Below are positions 19,392-29,189 of a DNA stretch of 46,123 nt, piece by piece. Where the stretch lies: NCBI GenBank assembly GCA_009694415.1, contig SHUZ01000002.1:1-46123 (forward strand). Reading direction: 5' to 3'. Every line of letters starts with the position of its first letter. Position 1 is the first letter of the stretch. The stretch is from Acidimicrobiia bacterium. Lineage in GTDB: Bacteria; Actinomycetota; Acidimicrobiia; IMCC26256; JAENVU01. The notes under the pieces are model-generated. The model made no database searches, was not told the origin of the DNA, and saw nothing but the letters and a program-made list of their open reading frames with translations. Both the position numbers and the translations under genes were made by a program.

Positions 19392-20333
19392 CTATGCGAA
19401 GTGATTGGTAAAAAGGCCGCCCACGCGGCGCACGATGTCTGGGCCAGCAAACGGCATGTTCACTATCACGTCATCCACGCCAGCCTCGATCAACTCGGCG
19501 ACGCGTTCAGCGGCTTCGCTGTCGTTACCGATAATGAATCGCTCATCCGTTTCAGCACCCGCTCCAGCCTCGATCATCGCACGGGTTCCGCCGGTTTCCG
19601 CCGATGAGTTTGTGAGCATCAAGGTACCGAGCCAGGTCAAACGGATTTCAGCTGGGTCGCGGCCTACGTCAGCGCAGTGCCGGTGCAAGACGTCCAATAG
19701 CCGCCGCACGGTGGCAGGAGATCCAGAGATGTTGGCGCGATCTGCATATTGCGCCACGAGTTTGAGTGTGCGTCGCTCACCGCTCCCGCCAATCATGATT
19801 GGTATCCCGTCGGAACGGATCGGCCGTGGCAGGTTCCTTGCGTCGGTGATTGAGTAGTAGCGGCCAGAGAAGTTCGCGTGGTCTGTCGTGAACATCGCCC
19901 GGCATATCTGGACAGCTTCTTCAAGTCGGTCGAGCCGCTCGCCCGCTGGAGGGAACGCGAATCCCAAAGCGTCGTGTTCGATGTCGTACCAAGCGGCCCC
20001 TAGTCCGCAGACGGCACGGCCACGCGAGATCACGTCGAGAGTGGTGACCATCTTCGCGACGAGCGCTGGATTGCGGTACGTCACTCCCGTTACCAGTGTT
20101 CCAAGTTCTACGCGTTCGGTACGAGCAGCGAGGGCGGATAGCAATGTGTAACCCTCAAGCATTGGCTGGTCTGGGCCGCCTAGTGGGGGCAACTGGAAAA
20201 AGTGATCCATTACCCATACCGATGCGAAGCCACTCGTCTCGGCTGCGACTGCGAGGGTGGCCACGTTTTCGAACAGTTGGTCGTCTGGAACATCTTGGCT
20301 GAAATTGGGAATCTGGAACCCGAAGGTCGTCAT
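19392..20333 (-). CDS. LLM-class F420-dependent oxidoreductase (Rv1855c-like)
   Basis: WVMDHFFQLP, GTLVTGVTYRNP, TLDVISRGRA, IGGSGERRTL; TGATG coupling to the thiolase. Confidence 0.87.
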   Translation of the reverse strand: MTTFGFQIPNFSQDVPDDQLFENVATLAVAAETSGFASVWVMDHFFQLPPLGGPDQPMLEGYTLLSALAARTERVELGTLVTGVTYRNPALVAKMVTTLDVISRGRAVCGLGAAWYDIEHDALGFAFPPAGERLDRLEEAVQICRAMFTTDHANFSGRYYSITDARNLPRPIRSDGIPIMIGGSGERRTLKLVAQYADRANISGSPATVRRLLDVLHRHCADVGRDPAEIRLTWLGTLMLTNSSAETGGTRAMIEAGAGAETDERFIIGNDSEAAERVAELIEAGVDDVIVNMPFAGPDIVRRVGGLFTNHFA

Positions 20334-21520
20334 CAGATGCGCTCGATGAGCGTGCCGGTGCCTAGACCGCCGCCGCAACACATGGTCACGAGCCCGAAAG
20401 TTCCGTCGATGCGTTCTAACTCATGCAATGCCGTGGTGATGAGACGAGCGCCAGTCGCTCCCACTGGGTGCCCAATCGCGATTGCTCCGCCGTTGGGATT
20501 GACGCGTTCCATGTCTGGTTTCAGTTCGCGTTCCCACGCCAGAACAACAGAAGCGAAGGCCTCGTTGATCTCGATGGTGTCTATGTCCTGCATGGAAAGA
20601 TTGTTGCGATCGAGGAGTCGGTTTGTCGCGTCGATTGGGCCGGTGAGCATCAGTACCGGGTCTGTACCCACTAGGCACTGATCGACGAGACGTGCACGCG
20701 GGGTGAGGCCAAGTTGGTTGGCCTTCTCAAAGGTCATCAGAAGTACGGCTGCTGCGCCGTCGCTGATCTGACTTGAGGTGCCAGCCGTGTGAACGCCATC
20801 TTCTCGCGCAATTGCCTTGAGCGCAGACAAGGCTTCGAGGGACGTTTCGCGAAGGCCTTCGTCTATTGCGACTCGATGGGTGGAACCAGTCGGCTTGCCG
20901 TCGTCACCTAGATCTGGCGCTTCGACCTCGACTACCTCGCGTTCGAATCGGCCTTCACTCCATGCGCGTCGAGCGTGGTTCTGAGACGCAAGCCCGAATG
21001 CATCACATTCGGCGCGCGTAATACCCCAGGAGTCAGCGATCCGTTCAGCGCCTTCGAATTGTGACGTGGGCTCGTATTGGGGGAAGTAGGAACGAGGCAA
21101 AGGCCGGTCCATGTCCTTTACCATCGTCGCACCGAGCGGAACCTTGCTCATCAACTCGACGCCGCAGGACAATGCTGCGTCGATAACGCCCGCCTTCACC
21201 AATGCGGCAGCGAGGTTTGTTGCTTGCTGTGCCGATCCACACTGCGCATCGACCGTTGTTGCTGCAACTTCGAAGGGAAGTCCTGCGGATAGCCATGCGG
21301 TCCGGGCAATGTTGAATGTCTGTGGTCCAACTTGTCCCACGCAACCGCCGACAACTTGTCCAATGTCGGTGGGATTGATTCCCGAACGCTCGATAGCGGC
21401 TAGTTGCACGGCCCCCAACAGATCTGCTGGATGCATGGTGGAGAGCCCACCGTTGCGTTTACCCAACGGGGATCTGACGGCCTCAACGATTACGACGTCG
21501 GTATCGGCGATTTTGCTCAT
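20333..21520 (-). CDS. Acetyl-CoA C-acyltransferase (thiolase), FadA5-like
   Basis: TTVDAQCGSAQQA, EINEAFA, GHPVGATG, TMCCGGG; SD GGAGGA before ATG 21520. Confidence 0.92.
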   Translation of the reverse strand: MSKIADTDVVIVEAVRSPLGKRNGGLSTMHPADLLGAVQLAAIERSGINPTDIGQVVGGCVGQVGPQTFNIARTAWLSAGLPFEVAATTVDAQCGSAQQATNLAAALVKAGVIDAALSCGVELMSKVPLGATMVKDMDRPLPRSYFPQYEPTSQFEGAERIADSWGITRAECDAFGLASQNHARRAWSEGRFEREVVEVEAPDLGDDGKPTGSTHRVAIDEGLRETSLEALSALKAIAREDGVHTAGTSSQISDGAAAVLLMTFEKANQLGLTPRARLVDQCLVGTDPVLMLTGPIDATNRLLDRNNLSMQDIDTIEINEAFASVVLAWERELKPDMERVNPNGGAIAIGHPVGATGARLITTALHELERIDGTFGLVTMCCGGGLGTGTLIERI

Positions 21521-21561
21521 GGGGTCCTCCGGAAGGGAAAGCCTGGATGGTACCGCTCGCA

Positions 21562-22536
21562 TCAAGAAACACTCAAAATCAACTTTCCGAATGTTGTATT
21601 TGAAGCGAGTAGGTCGTAGCCGGTAGCGGCGTCTTGGAAGTCAAAGACATTTTCGATCGCAGGCGAAATAGATCGATCGGTCAGAAATGGCCCGACCTCG
21701 TTCATGAAACGCGACGTGACACTCGCCTTTTCCTCAATAGAGCGGGTGCGCAACATCGTTCCCATCATGCGCAAACGCTTACCCATCATTGCGAGCAGGG
21801 GAATCTTCGCGCTACCGCCAGCGAGCGTGCCGACCACAACGATTCGACCAAGTGGAGCCGAAGCGATCACGTCCGCGGTTACGTACGCACCTCCAACGAG
21901 ATCGATCACCACATCTGGAGCACCTCCGCTTGTTATGAGGTCAGCTAACGCCTGCATTTCGATACCGTCGGTTGCCACTACGCCGTGTTGAAGGCCAAGC
22001 GCGCGTGCACGTTCCAACTTTGATTCAGTTCGCGCTGTGCCGGTAACGGGACATCCGAGGGATACGGCGATTTGTATGACTGCTGTACCGACTCCGGAAC
22101 CGGCGGCGTGCACAAGTACGCGCTCGCCCGGTACTAGTAGGGCTTGTGTGCGCATTGCATCATGCGCGGTGAAGAATGCTTCTGGGATCCCACCCGCGGT
22201 CACAACATCGAGACCGCTCGGTATCGCTGCGCAATGGGTCGCGTGCACGGCAACGAACTCGGCCTGAGCCCCGCCAGCAACGATTCCCATGACCGAGGTT
22301 CCGATTGCGGGATGATCGACTCCTTGACCCAACTCTTCTACGATGCCTGAGAACTCGAGACCAGGAATATCCGGGGCGATTCCAGGGGGCGGGGGATACA
22401 GGCCGCTTCGCTGCAGAAGGTCTGCGCGGTTCAGTCCGGCGGCCCGAACGCGGACGAGCACTTCGCCGTGACTGGGCGACGGTCTTGGGCGCTCATCGAT
22501 TTGGATCTGGCCCGAATCGACAACTACTGCTCGCAT
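21562..22536 (-). CDS. NAD(P)H-quinone oxidoreductase (PIG3/zeta-crystallin, MDR family)
   Basis: AGLNRADLLQR.G.YPPP, PGLEFSG, HAAGSGVGTA, GKLIL. Confidence 0.88.
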   Translation of the reverse strand: MRAVVVDSGQIQIDERPRPSPSHGEVLVRVRAAGLNRADLLQRSGLYPPPPGIAPDIPGLEFSGIVEELGQGVDHPAIGTSVMGIVAGGAQAEFVAVHATHCAAIPSGLDVVTAGGIPEAFFTAHDAMRTQALLVPGERVLVHAAGSGVGTAVIQIAVSLGCPVTGTARTESKLERARALGLQHGVVATDGIEMQALADLITSGGAPDVVIDLVGGAYVTADVIASAPLGRIVVVGTLAGGSAKIPLLAMMGKRLRMMGTMLRTRSIEEKASVTSRFMNEVGPFLTDRSISPAIENVFDFQDAATGYDLLASNTTFGKLILSVS

Positions 22537-22611
22537 TTCGCCGAGGCTAGCGCTGAGGGCTTGGGGATCAACTCAGCGCCGGCTTGTGGCGCGGTTGAAG
22601 CGCTGCTCGCC

Positions 22612-23994
22612 TTACGCGCCGAGGGCGAGCAGAGAATCGAATGATTCTTTGATGTACTCGACGAGTGCATCGGGATCAGTGATAGCGGCTGGATCCGAGT
22701 GAACGCCCATGCAGAGGGTTCCGCCGTAGGAGATGAGAGTGACATTGAGCGCGCAGCCCGCTCTCGGTCCCATCGGAAATGTCGCGTCTATCCGGGTCCC
22801 GCCGATGAAGAGAGGTTCTCGGCTCCCGCGGATGTTCGATGTAGCGAAGTCGATCGTGCGTGTTTGGGTACGCGTGAGCGCCACGAGAACCGAAGTTGGG
22901 AGGACGGCCGTTAGTCCGGCTAATGAATCTACCGCTGCGAGTGCCGGCTCGATCCGCACATCTCCGAGCCGCTGTCGTATTTGTGAAAACCGCGCGGCAG
23001 GATCCTTGGGACCTACTGGTACCAGTAGGCGGCTAGGGGCGAAACGGTTAGCAGCTTCATCTCCTGAGGAGCGCGTCGAGACAGGCATTGCCATCCGCAG
23101 CTCATCGACCGGCACGCCCATGCGTTCGTGGTAGAGCCCGAGCCCGCCGGCGACTCCTGTTACGAATGCATCGTTCAAACTTCCACCGAGCGCGTGTGCG
23201 ACGGCGATCGTTTGGTCTAGCGGAACTTCGCAAATATCGAAGCGCCGTGTCAGGCAATGCTGCGCCATGAGTGGCGACCGAGCGCGGTCGGTTACGAGTA
23301 CTTGGCGGCGCAGAGATTGGAGTACTCGCGCAGTCTTTGTTGGGTGAGCGGCTCCTTGTACGAGGCCCGTAGCCGTTCGCCATGCGATCTCGATGCTTTC
23401 GCGTGATGCGAATGTGAGTGCATCACGAAGGACATCGATCGGTGAATCGCGGTTTACTGGATCATGCTCAACTGGGTGTTCTGCAACGGCGTCGCGCAGC
23501 AACGAATGCATTCCGTAGTCGGGATCCCGCTCAGAATCGACGAGACTCATCGACAGGCGCATACCACCTACGCCGTCCGTGATGGTGTGATGCAGTTTCT
23601 GGAGTAGCGCAGAGCGTCCGCCGGCTAAACCCCGAATGATCGTGAATTCCCACAGGGGCCGTGAACGATCGAATGGAGTTGCGCACAATGTTGCGGCGAG
23701 ATCCAGCAGTTGGCGCATCGAACCTGGTCCCGGAAGCGTCGCGGAGCGAAGGTGGTAGTCGATTTCAAAAGTTGGGTCCGGTCGCCACTCAGGGGGAGCA
23801 ATCCGAATCGGAGGTGACACGACACGGTGAGAAAGGCGAGGGATGGCGATCAGCGCTTCGCCGATCTTCGCCTTGAGGCGCGTTAGGTCGGGTTCGCCGT
23901 CGAGCAAACTTAGGTTGCAGACGTCGGAACGCAACGCCGGATCTTTTTCGACGGCCCACATGACCGCCTCGGATGGCGACATACGCTCCGACAT
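22612..23994 (-). CDS. Wax ester synthase / diacylglycerol acyltransferase (WS/DGAT)
   Basis: HHTITDG catalytic motif, FDRSRPLWE, SNIRG, NVTLISY; start set at MSERMSP so it does not overlap the upstream gene. Confidence 0.9.
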   Translation of the reverse strand: MSERMSPSEAVMWAVEKDPALRSDVCNLSLLDGEPDLTRLKAKIGEALIAIPRLSHRVVSPPIRIAPPEWRPDPTFEIDYHLRSATLPGPGSMRQLLDLAATLCATPFDRSRPLWEFTIIRGLAGGRSALLQKLHHTITDGVGGMRLSMSLVDSERDPDYGMHSLLRDAVAEHPVEHDPVNRDSPIDVLRDALTFASRESIEIAWRTATGLVQGAAHPTKTARVLQSLRRQVLVTDRARSPLMAQHCLTRRFDICEVPLDQTIAVAHALGGSLNDAFVTGVAGGLGLYHERMGVPVDELRMAMPVSTRSSGDEAANRFAPSRLLVPVGPKDPAARFSQIRQRLGDVRIEPALAAVDSLAGLTAVLPTSVLVALTRTQTRTIDFATSNIRGSREPLFIGGTRIDATFPMGPRAGCALNVTLISYGGTLCMGVHSDPAAITDPDALVEYIKESFDSLLALGA

Positions 23995-24002
23995 GGGCCC
24001 GT

Positions 24003-24587
24003 CTACCGTGCGATTCGGGTGCGCTTGAACTCGTTCAGCCGATCCCAGCTGAGCATGTCGAGCGCGCGCAGCAGATCGTCGGCTCGACCTCGCTCCATGA
24101 AACGAATAAATACCGCTTCCTCGCCTTCGATGAAGGTGGGAACGCCAAATACGTTCCATCTTTCGACCGCTTCGGTGTGCTCCTCTGCAAGAACCTTGAG
24201 TGGTCGTCCGCTTGCAACCTCTTCCTGAACGGCTGCGGCATCGATCCCGACGGAATTGATTACTTCGACGAGCACGTTTTCGTCGTTCAACTGCCGCGCT
24301 TGGTCATGGCGCGCTGCGAACAGTGCGATGTGCGCGTCCAAAAAACTTTCGGGGAACGCGTCGCGAATCGCTATTCCGTAAAGGAGCGCCAGTGCTCCAG
24401 TGCCCCACTCGCTTGGCTCGCGTGTCCAGATTGGTGGCTCGCCTTCTTCGAGATGGTTCTGGTCCAGCGAGAAAGGGAGGAAGCGCACGTCGAGGTCAGC
24501 CCCTGCGCGCAGTGCAGCGATGGCGGCCTCGTGTCCGTTGCGAGCGAACGGGCACCGATAATCGAACGTGACCGTGATCTCGCGCAT
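24003..24587 (-). CDS. DsbA-like thioredoxin-fold protein (Rv2466c-like), single active-site Cys
   Basis: FDYRCPFA at the N-terminus and cis-Pro loop VFGVPTF. Confidence 0.75.
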   Translation of the reverse strand: MREITVTFDYRCPFARNGHEAAIAALRAGADLDVRFLPFSLDQNHLEEGEPPIWTREPSEWGTGALALLYGIAIRDAFPESFLDAHIALFAARHDQARQLNDENVLVEVINSVGIDAAAVQEEVASGRPLKVLAEEHTEAVERWNVFGVPTFIEGEEAVFIRFMERGRADDLLRALDMLSWDRLNEFKRTRIAR

Positions 24588-24596
24588 GTCGCGATC

Positions 24597-25136
24597 CTAG
24601 AACCAACGGGCGGCGAGTTTGCCCATGACAACGCCAATGGCGGCTCCGGCCACCACATCCGATGCGTGATGCATGCGTACATAGACCCTGCTGCTGGCAA
24701 CTAGGGCAGCGAGTAGGTACCAACCGGGTCCACCCCGTCCGGTCTTGCTCAAGATGACGGCTGCCACGAACGCGGCCGTGGCGTGCCCGGACGGGAACGA
24801 AGATGTGATCGGTCTCCGCATCCCGTACGGCAGGGGTCCTTCTGCGATCTCGGGTTCCGGTCGCACTCGTCGGAACAGCGACTTGATGCCACCATTTGTT
24901 ATTGCGGACTCTGCGCCGATAGCTACCCCGAACTTCACCGCGAAACCCGGATCGGTTCTTCGCAGTGCCCTTGCGCCACCGATCGCGAACCACAGGAGGC
25001 TGTGGTCGGCGAGGCTCGACAACGTGTACATGAACTTGTCGAGCGCGGGACCGCGAACGCGTTCGAGTGCCTGCTCCACGGCGCGGTCGAAGGCTGCGAC
25101 GGCAGAAATTTCTTCTGGGCTAGGAACGGCCGGCAT
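24597..25136 (-). CDS. PAP2-family membrane phosphatase
   Basis: K....RVRP, SFPSGH, SRVYVRMHHASDV. Confidence 0.9.
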   Translation of the reverse strand: MPAVPSPEEISAVAAFDRAVEQALERVRGPALDKFMYTLSSLADHSLLWFAIGGARALRRTDPGFAVKFGVAIGAESAITNGGIKSLFRRVRPEPEIAEGPLPYGMRRPITSSFPSGHATAAFVAAVILSKTGRGGPGWYLLAALVASSRVYVRMHHASDVVAGAAIGVVMGKLAARWF

Positions 25137-25155
25137 CGACCGCAGGTTACGAGGC

Positions 25156-25995
25156 TTAGCTCGGAGTTGCGAGTGTGGGCGTTGCGGCACCGGCCACAGG
25201 CGGATTCAGTAACGCAAGCGCCGCTTCTGGGTTGCCTCCGAATTCGGGGCAATACGCCTGATAGCTGCAGTAGTCGCAGAGTTTGCTCGTGGAGGGTCGG
25301 AAGTCGTCCCTCTCCGTTGCGGTCTGAATAGCCGACCACACGGCATTCGTTGAGCGTTCAACACGCGTGATCGTCTGTTGGGAGATATTCGTAACAACCG
25401 CGACTGGGTCCGCGAGGAAGAGCAATTGCGCGCGCACTGGTCGTTTGCCTTGCTCGGCCTCAACTAACGCGGCGTAAATATGGACTCCATCCATGCGCTT
25501 CTCTGCAAAACGCGCAGGCGGGGCCCTGCCTGTTTTGTAGTCAGTAATGACAAGGTCGTCGTTGTCGTCGAGTTCGAGGCGGTCGATGATGCCGCGCAAA
25601 CGGACCTTGCCGATCTGAGCATTGACTCGCATCTCGAGACCAACGGGGCGAATGGTCTTGGGGTCTTCTAGTTCGAAGTACTTATGCACGAGGGCTGCCG
25701 CATCAGCATGGAACTTGTCCCATTCGGTGGCGGTTAGATCGAGGCCTGTGAAATCAGGATCGCTCTCGAGTTTCTTGCGCGCTGTATCGAGATCGGAGAG
25801 CGCGTTTTGCAACGTGCGATGGTCTGGCTCGCGCTGCATGAGTAGTTCTAGGGCTGCATGCACGAGCGTCCCCTTGCTGGCAGCGGCCGACGGCTCCTGC
25901 GGTATTTTCATCAGGTACGAGAACTTGTAAGAAAGCGGACAATTCTTGAACGTGGAGCACGAACTCGGAGACAATCCGTTGGGCATTTTGAGCAT
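25156..25995 (-). CDS. RecB/Cas4-like PD-(D/E)XK exonuclease with a predicted Fe-S staple (Rv2119-like)
   Basis: LSPS..TFKNCP, GTLVH, LRGIIDRL, ITDYKTG, C-terminal CDYCSYQAYCP. Confidence 0.87.
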   Translation of the reverse strand: MLKMPNGLSPSSCSTFKNCPLSYKFSYLMKIPQEPSAAASKGTLVHAALELLMQREPDHRTLQNALSDLDTARKKLESDPDFTGLDLTATEWDKFHADAAALVHKYFELEDPKTIRPVGLEMRVNAQIGKVRLRGIIDRLELDDNDDLVITDYKTGRAPPARFAEKRMDGVHIYAALVEAEQGKRPVRAQLLFLADPVAVVTNISQQTITRVERSTNAVWSAIQTATERDDFRPSTSKLCDYCSYQAYCPEFGGNPEAALALLNPPVAGAATPTLATPS

Positions 25996-26002
25996 GGCGT
26001 AG

Positions 26003-26025
26003 AGACTACGGGAGGGGTGCGACAA
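26003..26025 (-). promoter_or_regulatory. PafBC-type (RecA-NDp) DNA-damage promoter
   Basis: Minus strand tTGTCGC-ACCCCTCCCG-TAGTCT, against consensus TGTCGG-N10-TA-N3-T (1 mismatch), 7 nt before ATG 25995. Confidence 0.7.
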
Positions 26026-26150
26026 CGTGCGGCGTGATCGGTGCCAAAGGCGCGGCCCGATCAGTTCCGAAGGCTCCGTGGTCGCATAATCGGTCCTTGG
26101 GCTAGCGTCCGGCCATTGAAAAACCGGCTACTAAGAAAATGGAGGAAGCG

Positions 26151-27161
26151 ATGAAGGTAGACGGTGGCATAGGCGGCGTTTCGGCAGAAGCGATCGCAAC
26201 CTCAGTTCGGGAATTGGAGAGCATTGGATTCTCAGGTGTTTGGTCAGCCGAGACGAGTCATGACCCCTTCCTCCCCCTTCTGATTGCCGCAGAACACACT
26301 TCGCAGCTTGAACTTGGCACCGGAATTGCCGTGGCGTTCGCGCGATCTCCTATGACGCTCGCGAACACGGCATGGGATCTAAACGAGTTCAGTCACGGGC
26401 GTTTCAACCTCGGATTGGGTAGCCAGATCAAAGCTCATATCGAGAAGCGCTTCTCGATGCCTTGGTCGCGCCCTGCGGCACGAATGCGCGAAATGATTTT
26501 GGCGATGCGCGCCATTTGGTCTTGTTGGGGCGAGGGTACGGAATTGCGTTTCGAGGGCGAGTTCTATCGGCACACTCTCATGACGCCGTTCTTCAACCCT
26601 GGAGCAAATGCCTACGGTCCGCCGAAGGTCTTCCTTGCGGCCGTTGGAGAAAAGATGACCGAGGTGGCGGGAGAAGTCGCAGACGGAATCATCTTGCACG
26701 GGTTCACCACGGAGCGCTACGTGCGCGAGGTCACGATGCCCGCGCTCGAACGTGGCTGGGAAAAGGCCGGGAAAGCGCGTTCCGACTTCGAGCTTTCTGG
26801 CCCGCTCTTCGTGGTAACCGGAACCACGGAACAAGAGATGGAACGCGCCCGCGCTGGTACAAAGCAACAGATTGCGTTCTACGGTTCTACCCCTGCATAT
26901 CGCGGAGTGCTCGAATTGCATGGGTGGGGAGGCCTGCAGCCAGAACTGAACACAATGTCGAAGGCCGGCAAGTGGGTCGAGATGGGCGACTTGATTGATG
27001 ACGAGATGCTTGAGACCTTCTCAGTGATCGGTGAGCCGGAAGACATACCGAAACTTCTCACGGCGCGTTATGGCGACCTCGTGGACCGAGTGTCTTTCTA
27101 TGCGCCATATCAAAGCGATCCCGATAGATGGGCAAAGGTCCTCGAAGGCTTTAAAACGTAG
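26151..27161 (+). CDS. LLM-class F420-dependent oxidoreductase (MSMEG_2256/TIGR03617-like)
   Basis: AETSHDPF, IAVAFARSP, LGLGSQIKAHIEKRFSMPWS, HTLMTPFF, AFYGSTPAY; SD GGAGG. Confidence 0.88.
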   Translation: MKVDGGIGGVSAEAIATSVRELESIGFSGVWSAETSHDPFLPLLIAAEHTSQLELGTGIAVAFARSPMTLANTAWDLNEFSHGRFNLGLGSQIKAHIEKRFSMPWSRPAARMREMILAMRAIWSCWGEGTELRFEGEFYRHTLMTPFFNPGANAYGPPKVFLAAVGEKMTEVAGEVADGIILHGFTTERYVREVTMPALERGWEKAGKARSDFELSGPLFVVTGTTEQEMERARAGTKQQIAFYGSTPAYRGVLELHGWGGLQPELNTMSKAGKWVEMGDLIDDEMLETFSVIGEPEDIPKLLTARYGDLVDRVSFYAPYQSDPDRWAKVLEGFKT

Positions 27162-27173
27162 AGTCGAGAACGG

Positions 27174-28031
27174 TCAGGCGGTAGCGAATCGTACGATCGA
27201 CTCGACTGCTCTGTCGGGATCTTGAAGGGGGCCGAAGTGACCTCTCTCGTCCCAGATTTCGATTGACGACTGCGCGATACGGTCAGCGATCTTGTGTGCA
27301 AGTGAGGGCACAATTGCATCGGTAAGTTCACCGCATGCGACGAGCACTGGGCAATGAATCTCGCCAAGGCGTGGGTAAATACCGTTAGCGGCTCCCATCG
27401 CGTACATTGTTGCTTCGTGTTCCGGGTCGCATTTCAGCGTGACGTTGCCATCCGGTAGATCATGAAAGCCGTATTCGACATACGCGCGCAGTGCATCGTT
27501 GCTGAACACATCGAGCGGCGGACGAAATGAATAGGACGCAAGCGCCTCTTCACGCGATGGCCAGACGGCGCGTCGCCTTCGTGCTCCGGCTGAGAGCGGA
27601 TTGTCGTGGTTCGGCGCTTGCGTCACGTCAGTGGGGAAGATGATCGGCTCGTAAGCCCAGATGCGCGAGTAAGTGCCCGGGGCATCGGCCTCTCCAAGTA
27701 GCAACGCTGCTCCGCCCTTTGAATGTCCGACCGCAACTAGATGAGGGTCGCCAACGAGTTCTAGGTGTTCCGTGACGGCGCGCGCGTCAGTTGCATACTC
27801 TGCCCACGCATATGTCGCATCCGGCGAGGGGTCACTGTCGCCGTGGCCACGGAAGTCGAACGACCAGACCGAGTTGCCGGCGTTCACCAAGCGTTCGGCT
27901 ACCGGCGCCCACACCATGCCGTGAAAGCCGGTTGGATGAGCGAGGAGCACTGGAGATCCGCTTCCTCCCCAGGAATGCACCACCAGGGACACTCCCGACG
28001 GGGACACGAAGCGACTTGTCGCGGCCGCCAC
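27174..28031 (-). CDS. Alpha/beta hydrolase
   Basis: HPTGF oxyanion loop, DFRGHGDS, GHSKGG nucleophile, GHFGP catalytic His. Confidence 0.88.
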   Translation of the reverse strand: MAAATSRFVSPSGVSLVVHSWGGSGSPVLLAHPTGFHGMVWAPVAERLVNAGNSVWSFDFRGHGDSDPSPDATYAWAEYATDARAVTEHLELVGDPHLVAVGHSKGGAALLLGEADAPGTYSRIWAYEPIIFPTDVTQAPNHDNPLSAGARRRRAVWPSREEALASYSFRPPLDVFSNDALRAYVEYGFHDLPDGNVTLKCDPEHEATMYAMGAANGIYPRLGEIHCPVLVACGELTDAIVPSLAHKIADRIAQSSIEIWDERGHFGPLQDPDRAVESIVRFATA

Positions 28032-29189
28032 TTACGTGCCGAGTTGTTTCTCGGCTTCGTGGTGCTCGATCGCCTTCGCGATTGCTCCCGCTGCACGGTT
28101 TACCCACTCGCCTTCGCTGTTGACAAGCCAGTTGTACGAAGCGTTCAAAGATTCAAGCGATCCCTGGAAGTGCGGCATCACGTACTGAGCAAACAATTCG
28201 TATGAGCGCGACTTTGCGACTGGGTTCGCCCAGTCGTGGTCGAAGAGTAGGAAAGCGCCAAATCCTCCGCCGCTCGCCTCGACGAGTTCTTCGATCTTGG
28301 CAATGGCATCGTCAGGCGTTCCGATTACTGCGAAGTTTTGAGCACGATTGTTTTCAAGGATTTCGTCGATTGTGTTTCCTTGCACGGGACCACCAGGAAG
28401 CACGTGGGTGAAGTATCGGGAGAACTCTTCGATGCCGTACTGGATGTCTGCTTCGGCTTGTTCGCGGGTTTCGGCAATGTGCATCGGCCCAACCAATCGC
28501 CACTTGTCGCGGTTGGCGACGTTCCCATGCTGCAGCGCGATTTCTTCCCACATATTCCAATGATGAGATAGCAGGTCCATGCCTTGTTTTGCCGTTGCAG
28601 CCACAGAGAGCATCCCGATTCCGTGCTTGCCGGCGCCGCGCGCGCCGGTGGGAGAAAAGGATGCCGCTATCGCGATGTCGAAGCAGGGATCCGAGTAGGG
28701 AAGAAGTTGCAAGCGCGCTTCGTTGACGGTGAACCAGTCACACTCGTAGGTGACGGTCTCGCCGCGGAGCAACGCCATGATCACGTCGAGCGCTTCTTCC
28801 ATGCGCGGCCGCTGTAGGTCTGCCGGGATACCGAGCATGTGGGCATCGGAGGTGAGTTGTCCGGGGCCGATGCCGAGCATTGTGCGACCGCGCGTGAGGT
28901 GGTCGAGAAGGACCATGCGGTCGGCCAGTAGAAGGGGGTGGTGGTAGGGAAGCGAACTGACGCCCGTACCAAGTTTGATTCGTTTGGTACGTTCGGCGGC
29001 CACACCAATAAACACCTCAGGTGAAGCGATCATCTCGTAACCACCGGAATGGTGTTCACCGACCCAGGCCTCATCGAAGCCGAGCTTGTCGAGATGGACA
29101 ATCAGGTCCAGGTCACGCTCTAACGCGAGCGTTGGGTTTTGTCCTACAGGGTGGAATGGAGCCATGAAGGTGCCGAATCGCAAATTCAA
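28032..29189 (-). CDS. LLM-class flavin-dependent monooxygenase (limonene 1,2-monooxygenase-like)
   Basis: RFGTFMAPFH, EAWVGEHHS, GTGVSSLPYHHP, LDHLTRGR, GPGQL.SDA; TTG start overlaps upstream TGA. Confidence 0.85.
   Translation of the reverse strand: MNLRFGTFMAPFHPVGQNPTLALERDLDLIVHLDKLGFDEAWVGEHHSGGYEMIASPEVFIGVAAERTKRIKLGTGVSSLPYHHPLLLADRMVLLDHLTRGRTMLGIGPGQLTSDAHMLGIPADLQRPRMEEALDVIMALLRGETVTYECDWFTVNEARLQLLPYSDPCFDIAIAASFSPTGARGAGKHGIGMLSVAATAKQGMDLLSHHWNMWEEIALQHGNVANRDKWRLVGPMHIAETREQAEADIQYGIEEFSRYFTHVLPGGPVQGNTIDEILENNRAQNFAVIGTPDDAIAKIEELVEASGGGFGAFLLFDHDWANPVAKSRSYELFAQYVMPHFQGSLESLNASYNWLVNSEGEWVNRAAGAIAKAIEHHEAEKQLGT

Noticed and set aside
22550-22579. 8-bp inverted repeat GCGCTGAG/CTCAGCGC downstream of WS/DGAT
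   Set aside because: Short, with a long loop; not distinguishable from chance in GC-rich DNA
25156-25995. Cas4-like nuclease as evidence of CRISPR-Cas
   Set aside because: No repeat-spacer array or other cas genes; it fits a solo RecB-family repair nuclease
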